Below, piece by piece: positions 14,438 through 29,400 of a stretch of 64,000 bases of DNA. The position numbers and the translations under genes were made by a program. Under the pieces are notes generated by a model. That model made no database searches, was not told where the DNA came from, and saw nothing but the letters and a program-made list of their open reading frames with translations. Source of the DNA: Squalus acanthias. Lineage: Eukaryota. Location: the NCBI GenBank assembly GCA_030390025.1, contig JASTWF010000033.1, positions 5,148,001-5,212,000 on the forward strand, written 5' to 3'. Every line of letters starts with the position of its first letter. The first letter of the stretch is position 1.

Positions 14438-17400
14438 TTCCTCTTGTCTTTTATTCCTCTTGTCTTTTATTCCTCTTGTCTTTTATTCCTCTTGTCTTTT
14501 ATTCCTCTTGTCTTTTATTCCTCTTGTCTTTTATTCCTCTTGTCTTTTATTCCTCTTGTCTTTTATTCCTCTTGTCTTTTATTCCTCTTGTCTTTTATTC
14601 CTCTTGTCTTTTATTCCTCTTGTCTTTTATTCCTCTTGTCTTTTATTCCTCTTGTCTTTTATTCCTCTTGTCTTTTATTCCTCTTGTCTTTTATTCCTCT
14701 TGTCTTTTATTCCTCTTGTCTTTTATTCCTCTTGTCTTTTATTCCTCTTGTCTTTTATTCCTCTTGTCTTTTATTCCTCTTGTCTTTTATTCCTCTTGTC
14801 TTTTATTCCTCTTGTCTTTTATTCCTCTTGTCTTTTATTCCTCTTGTCTTTTATTCCTCTTGTCTTTTATTCCTCTTGTCTTTTATTCCTCTTGTCTTTT
14901 ATTCCTCTTGTCTTTTATTCCTCTTGTCTTTTATTCCTCTTGTCTTTTATTCCTCTTGTCTTTTATTCCTCTTGTCTTTTATTCCTCTTGTCTTTTATTC
15001 CTCTTGTCTTTTATTCCTCTTGTCTTTTATTCCTCTTGTCTTTTATTCCTCTTGTCTTTTATTCCTCTTGTCTTTTATTCCTCTTGTCTTTTATTCCTCT
15101 TGTCTTTTATTCCTCTTGTCTTTTATTCCTCTTGTCTTTTATTCCTCTTGTCTTTTATTCCTCTTGTCTTTTATTCCTCTTGTCTTTTATTCCTCTTGTC
15201 TTTTATTCCTCTTGTCTTTTATTCCTCTTGTCTTTTATTCCTCTTGTCTTTTATTCCTCTTGTCTTTTATTCCTCTTGTCTTTTATTCCTCTTGTCTTTT
15301 ATTCCTCTTGTCTTTTATTCCTCTTGTCTTTTATTCCTCTTGTCTTTTATTCCTCTTGTCTTTTATTCCTCTTGTCTTTTATTCCTCTTGTCTTTTATTC
15401 CTCTTGTCTTTTATTCCTCTTGTCTTTTATTCCTCTTGTCTTTTATTCCTCTTGTCTTTTATTCCTCTTGTCTTTTATTCCTCTTGTCTTTTATTCCTCT
15501 TGTCTTTTATTCCTCTTGTCTTTTATTCCTCTTGTCTTTTATTCCTCTTGTCTTTTATTCCTCTTGTCTTTTATTCCTCTTGTCTTTTATTCCTCTTGTC
15601 TTTTATTCCTCTTGTCTTTTATTCCTCTTGTCTTTTATTCCTCTTGTCTTTTATTCCTCTTGTCTTTTATTCCTCTTGTCTTTTATTCCTCTTGTCTTTT
15701 ATTCCTCTTGTCTTTTATTCCTCTTGTCTTTTATTCCTCTTGTCTTTTATTCCTCTTGTCTTTTATTCCTCTTGTCTTTTATTCCTCTTGTCTTTTATTC
15801 CTCTTGTCTTTTATTCCTCTTGTCTTTTATTCCTCTTGTCTTTTATTCCTCTTGTCTTTTATTCCTCTTGTCTTTTATTCCTCTTGTCTTTTATTCCTCT
15901 TGTCTTTTATTCCTCTTGTCTTTTATTCCTCTTGTCTTTTATTCCTCTTGTCTTTTATTCCTCTTGTCTTTTATTCCTCTTGTCTTTTATTCCTCTTGTC
16001 TTTTATTCCTCTTGTCTTTTATTCCTCTTGTCTTTTATTCCTCTTGTCTTTTATTCCTCTTGTCTTTTATTCCTCTTGTCTTTTATTCCTCTTGTCTTTT
16101 ATTCCTCTTGTCTTTTATTCCTCTTGTCTTTTATTCCTCTTGTCTTTTATTCCTCTTGTCTTTTATTCCTCTTGTCTTTTATTCCTCTTGTCTTTTATTC
16201 CTCTTGTCTTTTATTCCTCTTGTCTTTTATTCCTCTTGTCTTTTATTCCTCTTGTCTTTTATTCCTCTTGTCTTTTATTCCTCTTGTCTTTTATTCCTCT
16301 TGTCTTTTATTCCTCTTGTCTTTTATTCCTCTTGTCTTTTATTCCTCTTGTCTTTTATTCCTCTTGTCTTTTATTCCTCTTGTCTTTTATTCCTCTTGTC
16401 TTTTATTCCTCTTGTCTTTTATTCCTCTTGTCTTTTATTCCTCTTGTCTTTTATTCCTCTTGTCTTTTATTCCTCTTGTCTTTTATTCCTCTTGTCTTTT
16501 ATTCCTCTTGTCTTTTATTCCTCTTGTCTTTTATTCCTCTTGTCTTTTATTCCTCTTGTCTTTTATTCCTCTTGTCTTTTATTCCTCTTGTCTTTTATTC
16601 CTCTTGTCTTTTATTCCTCTTGTCTTTTATTCCTCTTGTCTTTTATTCCTCTTGTCTTTTATTCCTCTTGTCTTTTATTCCTCTTGTCTTTTATTCCTCT
16701 TGTCTTTTATTCCTCTTGTCTTTTATTCCTCTTGTCTTTTATTCCTCTTGTCTTTTATTCCTCTTGTCTTTTATTCCTCTTGTCTTTTATTCCTCTTGTC
16801 TTTTATTCCTCTTGTCTTTTATTCCTCTTGTCTTTTATTCCTCTTGTCTTTTATTCCTCTTGTCTTTTATTCCTCTTGTCTTTTATTCCTCTTGTCTTTT
16901 ATTCCTCTTGTCTTTTATTCCTCTTGTCTTTTATTCCTCTTGTCTTTTATTCCTCTTGTCTTTTATTCCTCTTGTCTTTTATTCCTCTTGTCTTTTATTC
17001 CTCTTGTCTTTTATTCCTCTTGTCTTTTATTCCTCTTGTCTTTTATTCCTCTTGTCTTTTATTCCTCTTGTCTTTTATTCCTCTTGTCTTTTATTCCTCT
17101 TGTCTTTTATTCCTCTTGTCTTTTATTCCTCTTGTCTTTTATTCCTCTTGTCTTTTATTCCTCTTGTCTTTTATTCCTCTTGTCTTTTATTCCTCTTGTC
17201 TTTTATTCCTCTTGTCTTTTATTCCTCTTGTCTTTTATTCCTCTTGTCTTTTATTCCTCTTGTCTTTTATTCCTCTTGTCTTTTATTCCTCTTGTCTTTT
17301 ATTCCTCTTGTCTTTTATTCCTCTTGTCTTTTATTCCTCTTGTCTTTTATTCCTCTTGTCTTTTATTCCTCTTGTCTTTTATTCCTCTTGTCTTTTATTC

Positions 17401-20400
17401 CTCTTGTCTTTTATTCCTCTTGTCTTTTATTCCTCTTGTCTTTTATTCCTCTTGTCTTTTATTCCTCTTGTCTTTTATTCCTCTTGTCTTTTATTCCTCT
17501 TGTCTTTTATTCCTCTTGTCTTTTATTCCTCTTGTCTTTTATTCCTCTTGTCTTTTATTCCTCTTGTCTTTTATTCCTCTTGTCTTTTATTCCTCTTGTC
17601 TTTTATTCCTCTTGTCTTTTATTCCTCTTGTCTTTTATTCCTCTTGTCTTTTATTCCTCTTGTCTTTTATTCCTCTTGTCTTTTATTCCTCTTGTCTTTT
17701 ATTCCTCTTGTCTTTTATTCCTCTTGTCTTTTATTCCTCTTGTCTTTTATTCCTCTTGTCTTTTATTCCTCTTGTCTTTTATTCCTCTTGTCTTTTATTC
17801 CTCTTGTCTTTTATTCCTCTTGTCTTTTATTCCTCTTGTCTTTTATTCCTCTTGTCTTTTATTCCTCTTGTCTTTTATTCCTCTTGTCTTTTATTCCTCT
17901 TGTCTTTTATTCCTCTTGTCTTTTATTCCTCTTGTCTTTTATTCCTCTTGTCTTTTATTCCTCTTGTCTTTTATTCCTCTTGTCTTTTATTCCTCTTGTC
18001 TTTTATTCCTCTTGTCTTTTATTCCTCTTGTCTTTTATTCCTCTTGTCTTTTATTCCTCTTGTCTTTTATTCCTCTTGTCTTTTATTCCTCTTGTCTTTT
18101 ATTCCTCTTGTCTTTTATTCCTCTTGTCTTTTATTCCTCTTGTCTTTTATTCCTCTTGTCTTTTATTCCTCTTGTCTTTTATTCCTCTTGTCTTTTATTC
18201 CTCTTGTCTTTTATTCCTCTTGTCTTTTATTCCTCTTGTCTTTTATTCCTCTTGTCTTTTATTCCTCTTGTCTTTTATTCCTCTTGTCTTTTATTCCTCT
18301 TGTCTTTTATTCCTCTTGTCTTTTATTCCTCTTGTCTTTTATTCCTCTTGTCTTTTATTCCTCTTGTCTTTTATTCCTCTTGTCTTTTATTCCTCTTGTC
18401 TTTTATTCCTCTTGTCTTTTATTCCTCTTGTCTTTTATTCCTCTTGTCTTTTATTCCTCTTGTCTTTTATTCCTCTTGTCTTTTATTCCTCTTGTCTTTT
18501 ATTCCTCTTGTCTTTTATTCCTCTTGTCTTTTATTCCTCTTGTCTTTTATTCCTCTTGTCTTTTATTCCTCTTGTCTTTTATTCCTCTTGTCTTTTATTC
18601 CTCTTGTCTTTTATTCCTCTTGTCTTTTATTCCTCTTGTCTTTTATTCCTCTTGTCTTTTATTCCTCTTGTCTTTTATTCCTCTTGTCTTTTATTCCTCT
18701 TGTCTTTTATTCCTCTTGTCTTTTATTCCTCTTGTCTTTTATTCCTCTTGTCTTTTATTCCTCTTGTCTTTTATTCCTCTTGTCTTTTATTCCTCTTGTC
18801 TTTTATTCCTCTTGTCTTTTATTCCTCTTGTCTTTTATTCCTCTTGTCTTTTATTCCTCTTGTCTTTTATTCCTCTTGTCTTTTATTCCTCTTGTCTTTT
18901 ATTCCTCTTGTCTTTTATTCCTCTTGTCTTTTATTCCTCTTGTCTTTTATTCCTCTTGTCTTTTATTCCTCTTGTCTTTTATTCCTCTTGTCTTTTATTC
19001 CTCTTGTCTTTTATTCCTCTTGTCTTTTATTCCTCTTGTCTTTTATTCCTCTTGTCTTTTATTCCTCTTGTCTTTTATTCCTCTTGTCTTTTATTCCTCT
19101 TGTCTTTTATTCCTCTTGTCTTTTATTCCTCTTGTCTTTTATTCCTCTTGTCTTTTATTCCTCTTGTCTTTTATTCCTCTTGTCTTTTATTCCTCTTGTC
19201 TTTTATTCCTCTTGTCTTTTATTCCTCTTGTCTTTTATTCCTCTTGTCTTTTATTCCTCTTGTCTTTTATTCCTCTTGTCTTTTATTCCTCTTGTCTTTT
19301 ATTCCTCTTGTCTTTTATTCCTCTTGTCTTTTATTCCTCTTGTCTTTTATTCCTCTTGTCTTTTATTCCTCTTGTCTTTTATTCCTCTTGTCTTTTATTC
19401 CTCTTGTCTTTTATTCCTCTTGTCTTTTATTCCTCTTGTCTTTTATTCCTCTTGTCTTTTATTCCTCTTGTCTTTTATTCCTCTTGTCTTTTATTCCTCT
19501 TGTCTTTTATTCCTCTTGTCTTTTATTCCTCTTGTCTTTTATTCCTCTTGTCTTTTATTCCTCTTGTCTTTTATTCCTCTTGTCTTTTATTCCTCTTGTC
19601 TTTTATTCCTCTTGTCTTTTATTCCTCTTGTCTTTTATTCCTCTTGTCTTTTATTCCTCTTGTCTTTTATTCCTCTTGTCTTTTATTCCTCTTGTCTTTT
19701 ATTCCTCTTGTCTTTTATTCCTCTTGTCTTTTATTCCTCTTGTCTTTTATTCCTCTTGTCTTTTATTCCTCTTGTCTTTTATTCCTCTTGTCTTTTATTC
19801 CTCTTGTCTTTTATTCCTCTTGTCTTTTATTCCTCTTGTCTTTTATTCCTCTTGTCTTTTATTCCTCTTGTCTTTTATTCCTCTTGTCTTTTATTCCTCT
19901 TGTCTTTTATTCCTCTTGTCTTTTATTCCTCTTGTCTTTTATTCCTCTTGTCTTTTATTCCTCTTGTCTTTTATTCCTCTTGTCTTTTATTCCTCTTGTC
20001 TTTTATTCCTCTTGTCTTTTATTCCTCTTGTCTTTTATTCCTCTTGTCTTTTATTCCTCTTGTCTTTTATTCCTCTTGTCTTTTATTCCTCTTGTCTTTT
20101 ATTCCTCTTGTCTTTTATTCCTCTTGTCTTTTATTCCTCTTGTCTTTTATTCCTCTTGTCTTTTATTCCTCTTGTCTTTTATTCCTCTTGTCTTTTATTC
20201 CTCTTGTCTTTTATTCCTCTTGTCTTTTATTCCTCTTGTCTTTTATTCCTCTTGTCTTTTATTCCTCTTGTCTTTTATTCCTCTTGTCTTTTATTCCTCT
20301 TGTCTTTTATTCCTCTTGTCTTTTATTCCTCTTGTCTTTTATTCCTCTTGTCTTTTATTCCTCTTGTCTTTTATTCCTCTTGTCTTTTATTCCTCTTGTC

Positions 20401-23400
20401 TTTTATTCCTCTTGTCTTTTATTCCTCTTGTCTTTTATTCCTCTTGTCTTTTATTCCTCTTGTCTTTTATTCCTCTTGTCTTTTATTCCTCTTGTCTTTT
20501 ATTCCTCTTGTCTTTTATTCCTCTTGTCTTTTATTCCTCTTGTCTTTTATTCCTCTTGTCTTTTATTCCTCTTGTCTTTTATTCCTCTTGTCTTTTATTC
20601 CTCTTGTCTTTTATTCCTCTTGTCTTTTATTCCTCTTGTCTTTTATTCCTCTTGTCTTTTATTCCTCTTGTCTTTTATTCCTCTTGTCTTTTATTCCTCT
20701 TGTCTTTTATTCCTCTTGTCTTTTATTCCTCTTGTCTTTTATTCCTCTTGTCTTTTATTCCTCTTGTCTTTTATTCCTCTTGTCTTTTATTCCTCTTGTC
20801 TTTTATTCCTCTTGTCTTTTATTCCTCTTGTCTTTTATTCCTCTTGTCTTTTATTCCTCTTGTCTTTTATTCCTCTTGTCTTTTATTCCTCTTGTCTTTT
20901 ATTCCTCTTGTCTTTTATTCCTCTTGTCTTTTATTCCTCTTGTCTTTTATTCCTCTTGTCTTTTATTCCTCTTGTCTTTTATTCCTCTTGTCTTTTATTC
21001 CTCTTGTCTTTTATTCCTCTTGTCTTTTATTCCTCTTGTCTTTTATTCCTCTTGTCTTTTATTCCTCTTGTCTTTTATTCCTCTTGTCTTTTATTCCTCT
21101 TGTCTTTTATTCCTCTTGTCTTTTATTCCTCTTGTCTTTTATTCCTCTTGTCTTTTATTCCTCTTGTCTTTTATTCCTCTTGTCTTTTATTCCTCTTGTC
21201 TTTTATTCCTCTTGTCTTTTATTCCTCTTGTCTTTTATTCCTCTTGTCTTTTATTCCTCTTGTCTTTTATTCCTCTTGTCTTTTATTCCTCTTGTCTTTT
21301 ATTCCTCTTGTCTTTTATTCCTCTTGTCTTTTATTCCTCTTGTCTTTTATTCCTCTTGTCTTTTATTCCTCTTGTCTTTTATTCCTCTTGTCTTTTATTC
21401 CTCTTGTCTTTTATTCCTCTTGTCTTTTATTCCTCTTGTCTTTTATTCCTCTTGTCTTTTATTCCTCTTGTCTTTTATTCCTCTTGTCTTTTATTCCTCT
21501 TGTCTTTTATTCCTCTTGTCTTTTATTCCTCTTGTCTTTTATTCCTCTTGTCTTTTATTCCTCTTGTCTTTTATTCCTCTTGTCTTTTATTCCTCTTGTC
21601 TTTTATTCCTCTTGTCTTTTATTCCTCTTGTCTTTTATTCCTCTTGTCTTTTATTCCTCTTGTCTTTTATTCCTCTTGTCTTTTATTCCTCTTGTCTTTT
21701 ATTCCTCTTGTCTTTTATTCCTCTTGTCTTTTATTCCTCTTGTCTTTTATTCCTCTTGTCTTTTATTCCTCTTGTCTTTTATTCCTCTTGTCTTTTATTC
21801 CTCTTGTCTTTTATTCCTCTTGTCTTTTATTCCTCTTGTCTTTTATTCCTCTTGTCTTTTATTCCTCTTGTCTTTTATTCCTCTTGTCTTTTATTCCTCT
21901 TGTCTTTTATTCCTCTTGTCTTTTATTCCTCTTGTCTTTTATTCCTCTTGTCTTTTATTCCTCTTGTCTTTTATTCCTCTTGTCTTTTATTCCTCTTGTC
22001 TTTTATTCCTCTTGTCTTTTATTCCTCTTGTCTTTTATTCCTCTTGTCTTTTATTCCTCTTGTCTTTTATTCCTCTTGTCTTTTATTCCTCTTGTCTTTT
22101 ATTCCTCTTGTCTTTTATTCCTCTTGTCTTTTATTCCTCTTGTCTTTTATTCCTCTTGTCTTTTATTCCTCTTGTCTTTTATTCCTCTTGTCTTTTATTC
22201 CTCTTGTCTTTTATTCCTCTTGTCTTTTATTCCTCTTGTCTTTTATTCCCTTGTCTTTTATTCCTCTTGTCTTTTATTCCTCTTGTCTTTTATTCCTCTT
22301 GTCTTTTATTCCTCTTGTCTTTTATTCCTCTTGTCTTTTATTCCTCTTGTCTTTTATTCCTCTTGTCTTTTATTCCTCTTGTCTTTTATTCCTCTTGTCT
22401 TTTATTCCTCTTGTCTTTTATTCCTCTTGTCTTTTATTCCTCTTGTCTTTTATTCCTCTTGTCTTTTATTCCTCTTGTCTTTTATTCCTCTTGTCTTTTA
22501 TTCCTCTTGTCTTTTATTCCTCTTGTCTTTTATTCCTCTTGTCTTTTATTCCTCTTGTCTTTTATTCCTCTTGTCTTTTATTCCTCTTGTCTTTTATTCC
22601 TCTTGTCTTTTATTCCTCTTGTCTTTTATTCCTCTTGTCTTTTATTCCTCTTGTCTTTTATTCCTCTTGTCTTTTATTCCTCTTGTCTTTTATTCCTCTT
22701 GTCTTTTATTCCTCTTGTCTTTTATTCCTCTTGTCTTTTATTCCTCTTGTCTTTTATTCCTCTTGTCTTTTATTCCTCTTGTCTTTTATTCCTCTTGTCT
22801 TTTATTCCTCTTGTCTTTTATTCCTCTTGTCTTTTATTCCTCTTGTCTTTTATTCCTCTTGTCTTTTATTCCTCTTGTCTTTTATTCCTCTTGTCTTTTA
22901 TTCCTCTTGTCTTTTATTCCTCTTGTCTTTTATTCCTCTTGTCTTTTATTCCTCTTGTCTTTTATTCCTCTTGTCTTTTATTCCTCTTGTCTTTTATTCC
23001 TCTTGTCTTTTATTCCTCTTGTCTTTTATTCCTCTTGTCTTTTATTCCTCTTGTCTTTTATTCCTCTTGTCTTTTATTCCTCTTGTCTTTTATTCCTCTT
23101 GTCTTTTATTCCCTTGTCTTTTATTCCTCTTGTCTTTTATTCCTCTTGTCTTTTATTCCTCTTGTCTTTTATTCCTCTTGTCTTTTATTCCTCTTGTCTT
23201 TTATTCCTCTTGTCTTTTATTCCTCTTGTCTTTTATTCCTCTTGTCTTTTATTCCTCTTGTCTTTTATTCCTCTTGTCTTTTATTCCTCTTGTCTTTTAT
23301 TCCTCTTGTCTTTTATTCCTCTTGTCTTTTATTCCTCTTGTCTTTTATTCCTCTTGTCTTTTATTCCTCTTGTCTTTTATTCCTCTTGTCTTTTATTCCT

Positions 23401-26400
23401 CTTGTCTTTTATTCCTCTTGTCTTTTATTCCTCTTGTCTTTTATTCCTCTTGTCTTTTATTCCTCTTGTCTTTTATTCCTCTTGTCTTTTATTCCTCTTG
23501 TCTTTTATTCCTCTTGTCTTTTATTCCTCTTGTCTTTTATTCCTCTTGTCTTTTATTCCTCTTGTCTTTTATTCCTCTTGTCTTTTATTCCTCTTGTCTT
23601 TTATTCCTCTTGTCTTTTATTCCTCTTGTCTTTTATTCCTCTTGTCTTTTATTCCTCTTGTCTTTTATTCCTCTTGTCTTTTATTCCTCTTGTCTTTTAT
23701 TCCTCTTGTCTTTTATTCCTCTTGTCTTTTATTCCTCTTGTCTTTTATTCCTCTTGTCTTTTATTCCTCTTGTCTTTTATTCCTCTTGTCTTTTATTCCT
23801 CTTGTCTTTTATTCCTCTTGTCTTTTATTCCTCTTGTCTTTTATTCCTCTTGTCTTTTATTCCTCTTGTCTTTTATTCCTCTTGTCTTTTATTCCTCTTG
23901 TCTTTTATTCCTCTTGTCTTTTATTCCTCTTGTCTTTTATTCCTCTTGTCTTTTATTCCTCTTGTCTTTTATTCCTCTTGTCTTTTATTCCTCTTGTCTT
24001 TTATTCCTCTTGTCTTTTATTCCTCTTGTCTTTTATTCCTCTTGTCTTTTATTCCTCTTGTCTTTTATTCCTCTTGTCTTTTATTCCTCTTGTCTTTTAT
24101 TCCTCTTGTCTTTTATTCCTCTTGTCTTTTATTCCTCTTGTCTTTTATTCCTCTTGTCTTTTATTCCTCTTGTCTTTTATTCCTCTTGTCTTTTATTCCT
24201 CTTGTCTTTTATTCCTCTTGTCTTTTATTCCTCTTGTCTTTTATTCCTCTTGTCTTTTATTCCTCTTGTCTTTTATTCCTCTTGTCTTTTATTCCTCTTG
24301 TCTTTTATTCCTCTTGTCTTTTATTCCTCTTGTCTTTTATTCCTCTTGTCTTTTATTCCTCTTGTCTTTTATTCCTCTTGTCTTTTATTCCTCTTGTCTT
24401 TTATTCCTCTTGTCTTTTATTCCTCTTGTCTTTTATTCCTCTTGTCTTTTATTCCTCTTGTCTTTTATTCCTCTTGTCTTTTATTCCTCTTGTCTTTTAT
24501 TCCTCTTGTCTTTTATTCCTCTTGTCTTTTATTCCTCTTGTCTTTTATTCCTCTTGTCTTTTATTCCTCTTGTCTTTTATTCCTCTTGTCTTTTATTCCT
24601 CTTGTCTTTTATTCCTCTTGTCTTTTATTCCTCTTGTCTTTTATTCCTCTTGTCTTTTATTCCTCTTGTCTTTTATTCCTCTTGTCTTTTATTCCTCTTG
24701 TCTTTTATTCCTCTTGTCTTTTATTCCTCTTGTCTTTTATTCCTCTTGTCTTTTATTCCTCTTGTCTTTTATTCCTCTTGTCTTTTATTCCTCTTGTCTT
24801 TTATTCCTCTTGTCTTTTATTCCTCTTGTCTTTTATTCCTCTTGTCTTTTATTCCTCTTGTCTTTTATTCCTCTTGTCTTTTATTCCTCTTGTCTTTTAT
24901 TCCTCTTGTCTTTTATTCCTCTTGTCTTTTATTCCTCTTGTCTTTTATTCCTCTTGTCTTTTATTCCTCTTGTCTTTTATTCCTCTTGTCTTTTATTCCT
25001 CTTGTCTTTTATTCCTCTTGTCTTTTATTCCTCTTGTCTTTTATTCCTCTTGTCTTTTATTCCTCTTGTCTTTTATTCCTCTTGTCTTTTATTCCTCTTG
25101 TCTTTTATTCCTCTTGTCTTTTATTCCTCTTGTCTTTTATTCCTCTTGTCTTTTATTCCTCTTGTCTTTTATTCCTCTTGTCTTTTATTCCTCTTGTCTT
25201 TTATTCCTCTTGTCTTTTATTCCTCTTGTCTTTTATTCCTCTTGTCTTTTATTCCTCTTGTCTTTTATTCCTCTTGTCTTTTATTCCTCTTGTCTTTTAT
25301 TCCTCTTGTCTTTTATTCCTCTTGTCTTTTATTCCTCTTGTCTTTTATTCCTCTTGTCTTTTATTCCTCTTGTCTTTTATTCCTCTTGTCTTTTATTCCT
25401 CTTGTCTTTTATTCCTCTTGTCTTTTATTCCTCTTGTCTTTTATTCCTCTTGTCTTTTATTCCTCTTGTCTTTTATTCCTCTTGTCTTTTATTCCTCTTG
25501 TCTTTTATTCCTCTTGTCTTTTATTCCTCTTGTCTTTTATTCCTCTTGTCTTTTATTCCTCTTGTCTTTTATTCCTCTTGTCTTTTATTCCTCTTGTCTT
25601 TTATTCCTCTTGTCTTTTATTCCTCTTGTCTTTTATTCCTCTTGTCTTTTATTCCTCTTGTCTTTTATTCCTCTTGTCTTTTATTCCTCTTGTCTTTTAT
25701 TCCTCTTGTCTTTTATTCCTCTTGTCTTTTATTCCTCTTGTCTTTTATTCCTCTTGTCTTTTATTCCTCTTGTCTTTTATTCCTCTTGTCTTTTATTCCT
25801 CTTGTCTTTTATTCCTCTTGTCTTTTATTCCTCTTGTCTTTTATTCCTCTTGTCTTTTATTCCTCTTGTCTTTTATTCCTCTTGTCTTTTATTCCTCTTG
25901 TCTTTTATTCCTCTTGTCTTTTATTCCTCTTGTCTTTTATTCCTCTTGTCTTTTATTCCTCTTGTCTTTTATTCCTCTTGTCTTTTATTCCTCTTGTCTT
26001 TTATTCCTCTTGTCTTTTATTCCTCTTGTCTTTTATTCCTCTTGTCTTTTATTCCTCTTGTCTTTTATTCCTCTTGTCTTTTATTCCTCTTGTCTTTTAT
26101 TCCTCTTGTCTTTTATTCCTCTTGTCTTTTATTCCTCTTGTCTTTTATTCCTCTTGTCTTTTATTCCTCTTGTCTTTTATTCCTCTTGTCTTTTATTCCT
26201 CTTGTCTTTTATTCCTCTTGTCTTTTATTCCTCTTGTCTTTTATTCCTCTTGTCTTTTATTCCTCTTGTCTTTTATTCCTCTTGTCTTTTATTCCTCTTG
26301 TCTTTTATTCCTCTTGTCTTTTATTCCTCTTGTCTTTTATTCCTCTTGTCTTTTATTCCTCTTGTCTTTTATTCCTCTTGTCTTTTATTCCTCTTGTCTT

Positions 26401-29400
26401 TTATTCCTCTTGTCTTTTATTCCTCTTGTCTTTTATTCCTCTTGTCTTTTATTCCTCTTGTCTTTTATTCCTCTTGTCTTTTATTCCTCTTGTCTTTTAT
26501 TCCTCTTGTCTTTTATTCCTCTTGTCTTTTATTCCTCTTGTCTTTTATTCCTCTTGTCTTTTATTCCTCTTGTCTTTTATTCCTCTTGTCTTTTATTCCT
26601 CTTGTCTTTTATTCCTCTTGTCTTTTATTCCTCTTGTCTTTTATTCCTCTTGTCTTTTATTCCTCTTGTCTTTTATTCCTCTTGTCTTTTATTCCTCTTG
26701 TCTTTTATTCCTCTTGTCTTTTATTCCTCTTGTCTTTTATTCCTCTTGTCTTTTATTCCTCTTGTCTTTTATTCCTCTTGTCTTTTATTCCTCTTGTCTT
26801 TTATTCCTCTTGTCTTTTATTCCTCTTGTCTTTTATTCCTCTTGTCTTTTATTCCTCTTGTCTTTTATTCCTCTTGTCTTTTATTCCTCTTGTCTTTTAT
26901 TCCTCTTGTCTTTTATTCCTCTTGTCTTTTATTCCTCTTGTCTTTTATTCCTCTTGTCTTTTATTCCTCTTGTCTTTTATTCCTCTTGTCTTTTATTCCT
27001 CTTGTCTTTTATTCCTCTTGTCTTTTATTCCTCTTGTCTTTTATTCCTCTTGTCTTTTATTCCTCTTGTCTTTTATTCCTCTTGTCTTTTATTCCTCTTG
27101 TCTTTTATTCCTCTTGTCTTTTATTCCTCTTGTCTTTTATTCCTCTTGTCTTTTATTCCTCTTGTCTTTTATTCCTCTTGTCTTTTATTCCTCTTGTCTT
27201 TTATTCCTCTTGTCTTTTATTCCTCTTGTCTTTTATTCCTCTTGTCTTTTATTCCTCTTGTCTTTTATTCCTCTTGTCTTTTATTCCTCTTGTCTTTTAT
27301 TCCTCTTGTCTTTTATTCCTCTTGTCTTTTATTCCTCTTGTCTTTTATTCCTCTTGTCTTTTATTCCTCTTGTCTTTTATTCCTCTTGTCTTTTATTCCT
27401 CTTGTCTTTTATTCCTCTTGTCTTTTATTCCTCTTGTCTTTTATTCCTCTTGTCTTTTATTCCTCTTGTCTTTTATTCCTCTTGTCTTTTATTCCTCTTG
27501 TCTTTTATTCCTCTTGTCTTTTATTCCTCTTGTCTTTTATTCCTCTTGTCTTTTATTCCTCTTGTCTTTTATTCCTCTTGTCTTTTATTCCTCTTGTCTT
27601 TTATTCCTCTTGTCTTTTATTCCTCTTGTCTTTTATTCCTCTTGTCTTTTATTCCTCTTGTCTTTTATTCCTCTTGTCTTTTATTCCTCTTGTCTTTTAT
27701 TCCTCTTGTCTTTTATTCCTCTTGTCTTTTATTCCTCTTGTCTTTTATTCCTCTTGTCTTTTATTCCTCTTGTCTTTTATTCCTCTTGTCTTTTATTCCT
27801 CTTGTCTTTTATTCCTCTTGTCTTTTATTCCTCTTGTCTTTTATTCCTCTTGTCTTTTATTCCTCTTGTCTTTTATTCCTCTTGTCTTTTATTCCTCTTG
27901 TCTTTTATTCCTCTTGTCTTTTATTCCTCTTGTCTTTTATTCCTCTTGTCTTTTATTCCTCTTGTCTTTTATTCCTCTTGTCTTTTATTCCTCTTGTCTT
28001 TTATTCCTCTTGTCTTTTATTCCTCTTGTCTTTTATTCCTCTTGTCTTTTATTCCTCTTGTCTTTTATTCCTCTTGTCTTTTATTCCTCTTGTCTTTTAT
28101 TCCTCTTGTCTTTTATTCCTCTTGTCTTTTATTCCTCTTGTCTTTTATTCCTCTTGTCTTTTATTCCTCTTGTCTTTTATTCCTCTTGTCTTTTATTCCT
28201 CTTGTCTTTTATTCCTCTTGTCTTTTATTCCTCTTGTCTTTTATTCCTCTTGTCTTTTATTCCTCTTGTCTTTTATTCCTCTTGTCTTTTATTCCTCTTG
28301 TCTTTTATTCCTCTTGTCTTTTATTCCTCTTGTCTTTTATTCCTCTTGTCTTTTATTCCTCTTGTCTTTTATTCCTCTTGTCTTTTATTCCTCTTGTCTT
28401 TTATTCCTCTTGTCTTTTATTCCTCTTGTCTTTTATTCCTCTTGTCTTTTATTCCTCTTGTCTTTTATTCCTCTTGTCTTTTATTCCTCTTGTCTTTTAT
28501 TCCTCTTGTCTTTTATTCCTCTTGTCTTTTATTCCTCTTGTCTTTTATTCCTCTTGTCTTTTATTCCTCTTGTCTTTTATTCCTCTTGTCTTTTATTCCT
28601 CTTGTCTTTTATTCCTCTTGTCTTTTATTCCTCTTGTCTTTTATTCCTCTTGTCTTTTATTCCTCTTGTCTTTTATTCCTCTTGTCTTTTATTCCTCTTG
28701 TCTTTTATTCCTCTTGTCTTTTATTCCTCTTGTCTTTTATTCCTCTTGTCTTTTATTCCTCTTGTCTTTTATTCCTCTTGTCTTTTATTCCTCTTGTCTT
28801 TTATTCCTCTTGTCTTTTATTCCTCTTGTCTTTTATTCCTCTTGTCTTTTATTCCTCTTGTCTTTTATTCCTCTTGTCTTTTATTCCTCTTGTCTTTTAT
28901 TCCTCTTGTCTTTTATTCCTCTTGTCTTTTATTCCTCTTGTCTTTTATTCCTCTTGTCTTTTATTCCTCTTGTCTTTTATTCCTCTTGTCTTTTATTCCT
29001 CTTGTCTTTTATTCCTCTTGTCTTTTATTCCTCTTGTCTTTTATTCCTCTTGTCTTTTATTCCTCTTGTCTTTTATTCCTCTTGTCTTTTATTCCTCTTG
29101 TCTTTTATTCCTCTTGTCTTTTATTCCTCTTGTCTTTTATTCCTCTTGTCTTTTATTCCTCTTGTCTTTTATTCCTCTTGTCTTTTATTCCTCTTGTCTT
29201 TTATTCCTCTTGTCTTTTATTCCTCTTGTCTTTTATTCCTCTTGTCTTTTATTCCTCTTGTCTTTTATTCCTCTTGTCTTTTATTCCTCTTGTCTTTTAT
29301 TCCTCTTGTCTTTTATTCCTCTTGTCTTTTATTCCTCTTGTCTTTTATTCCTCTTGTCTTTTATTCCTCTTGTCTTTTATTCCTCTTGTCTTTTATTCCT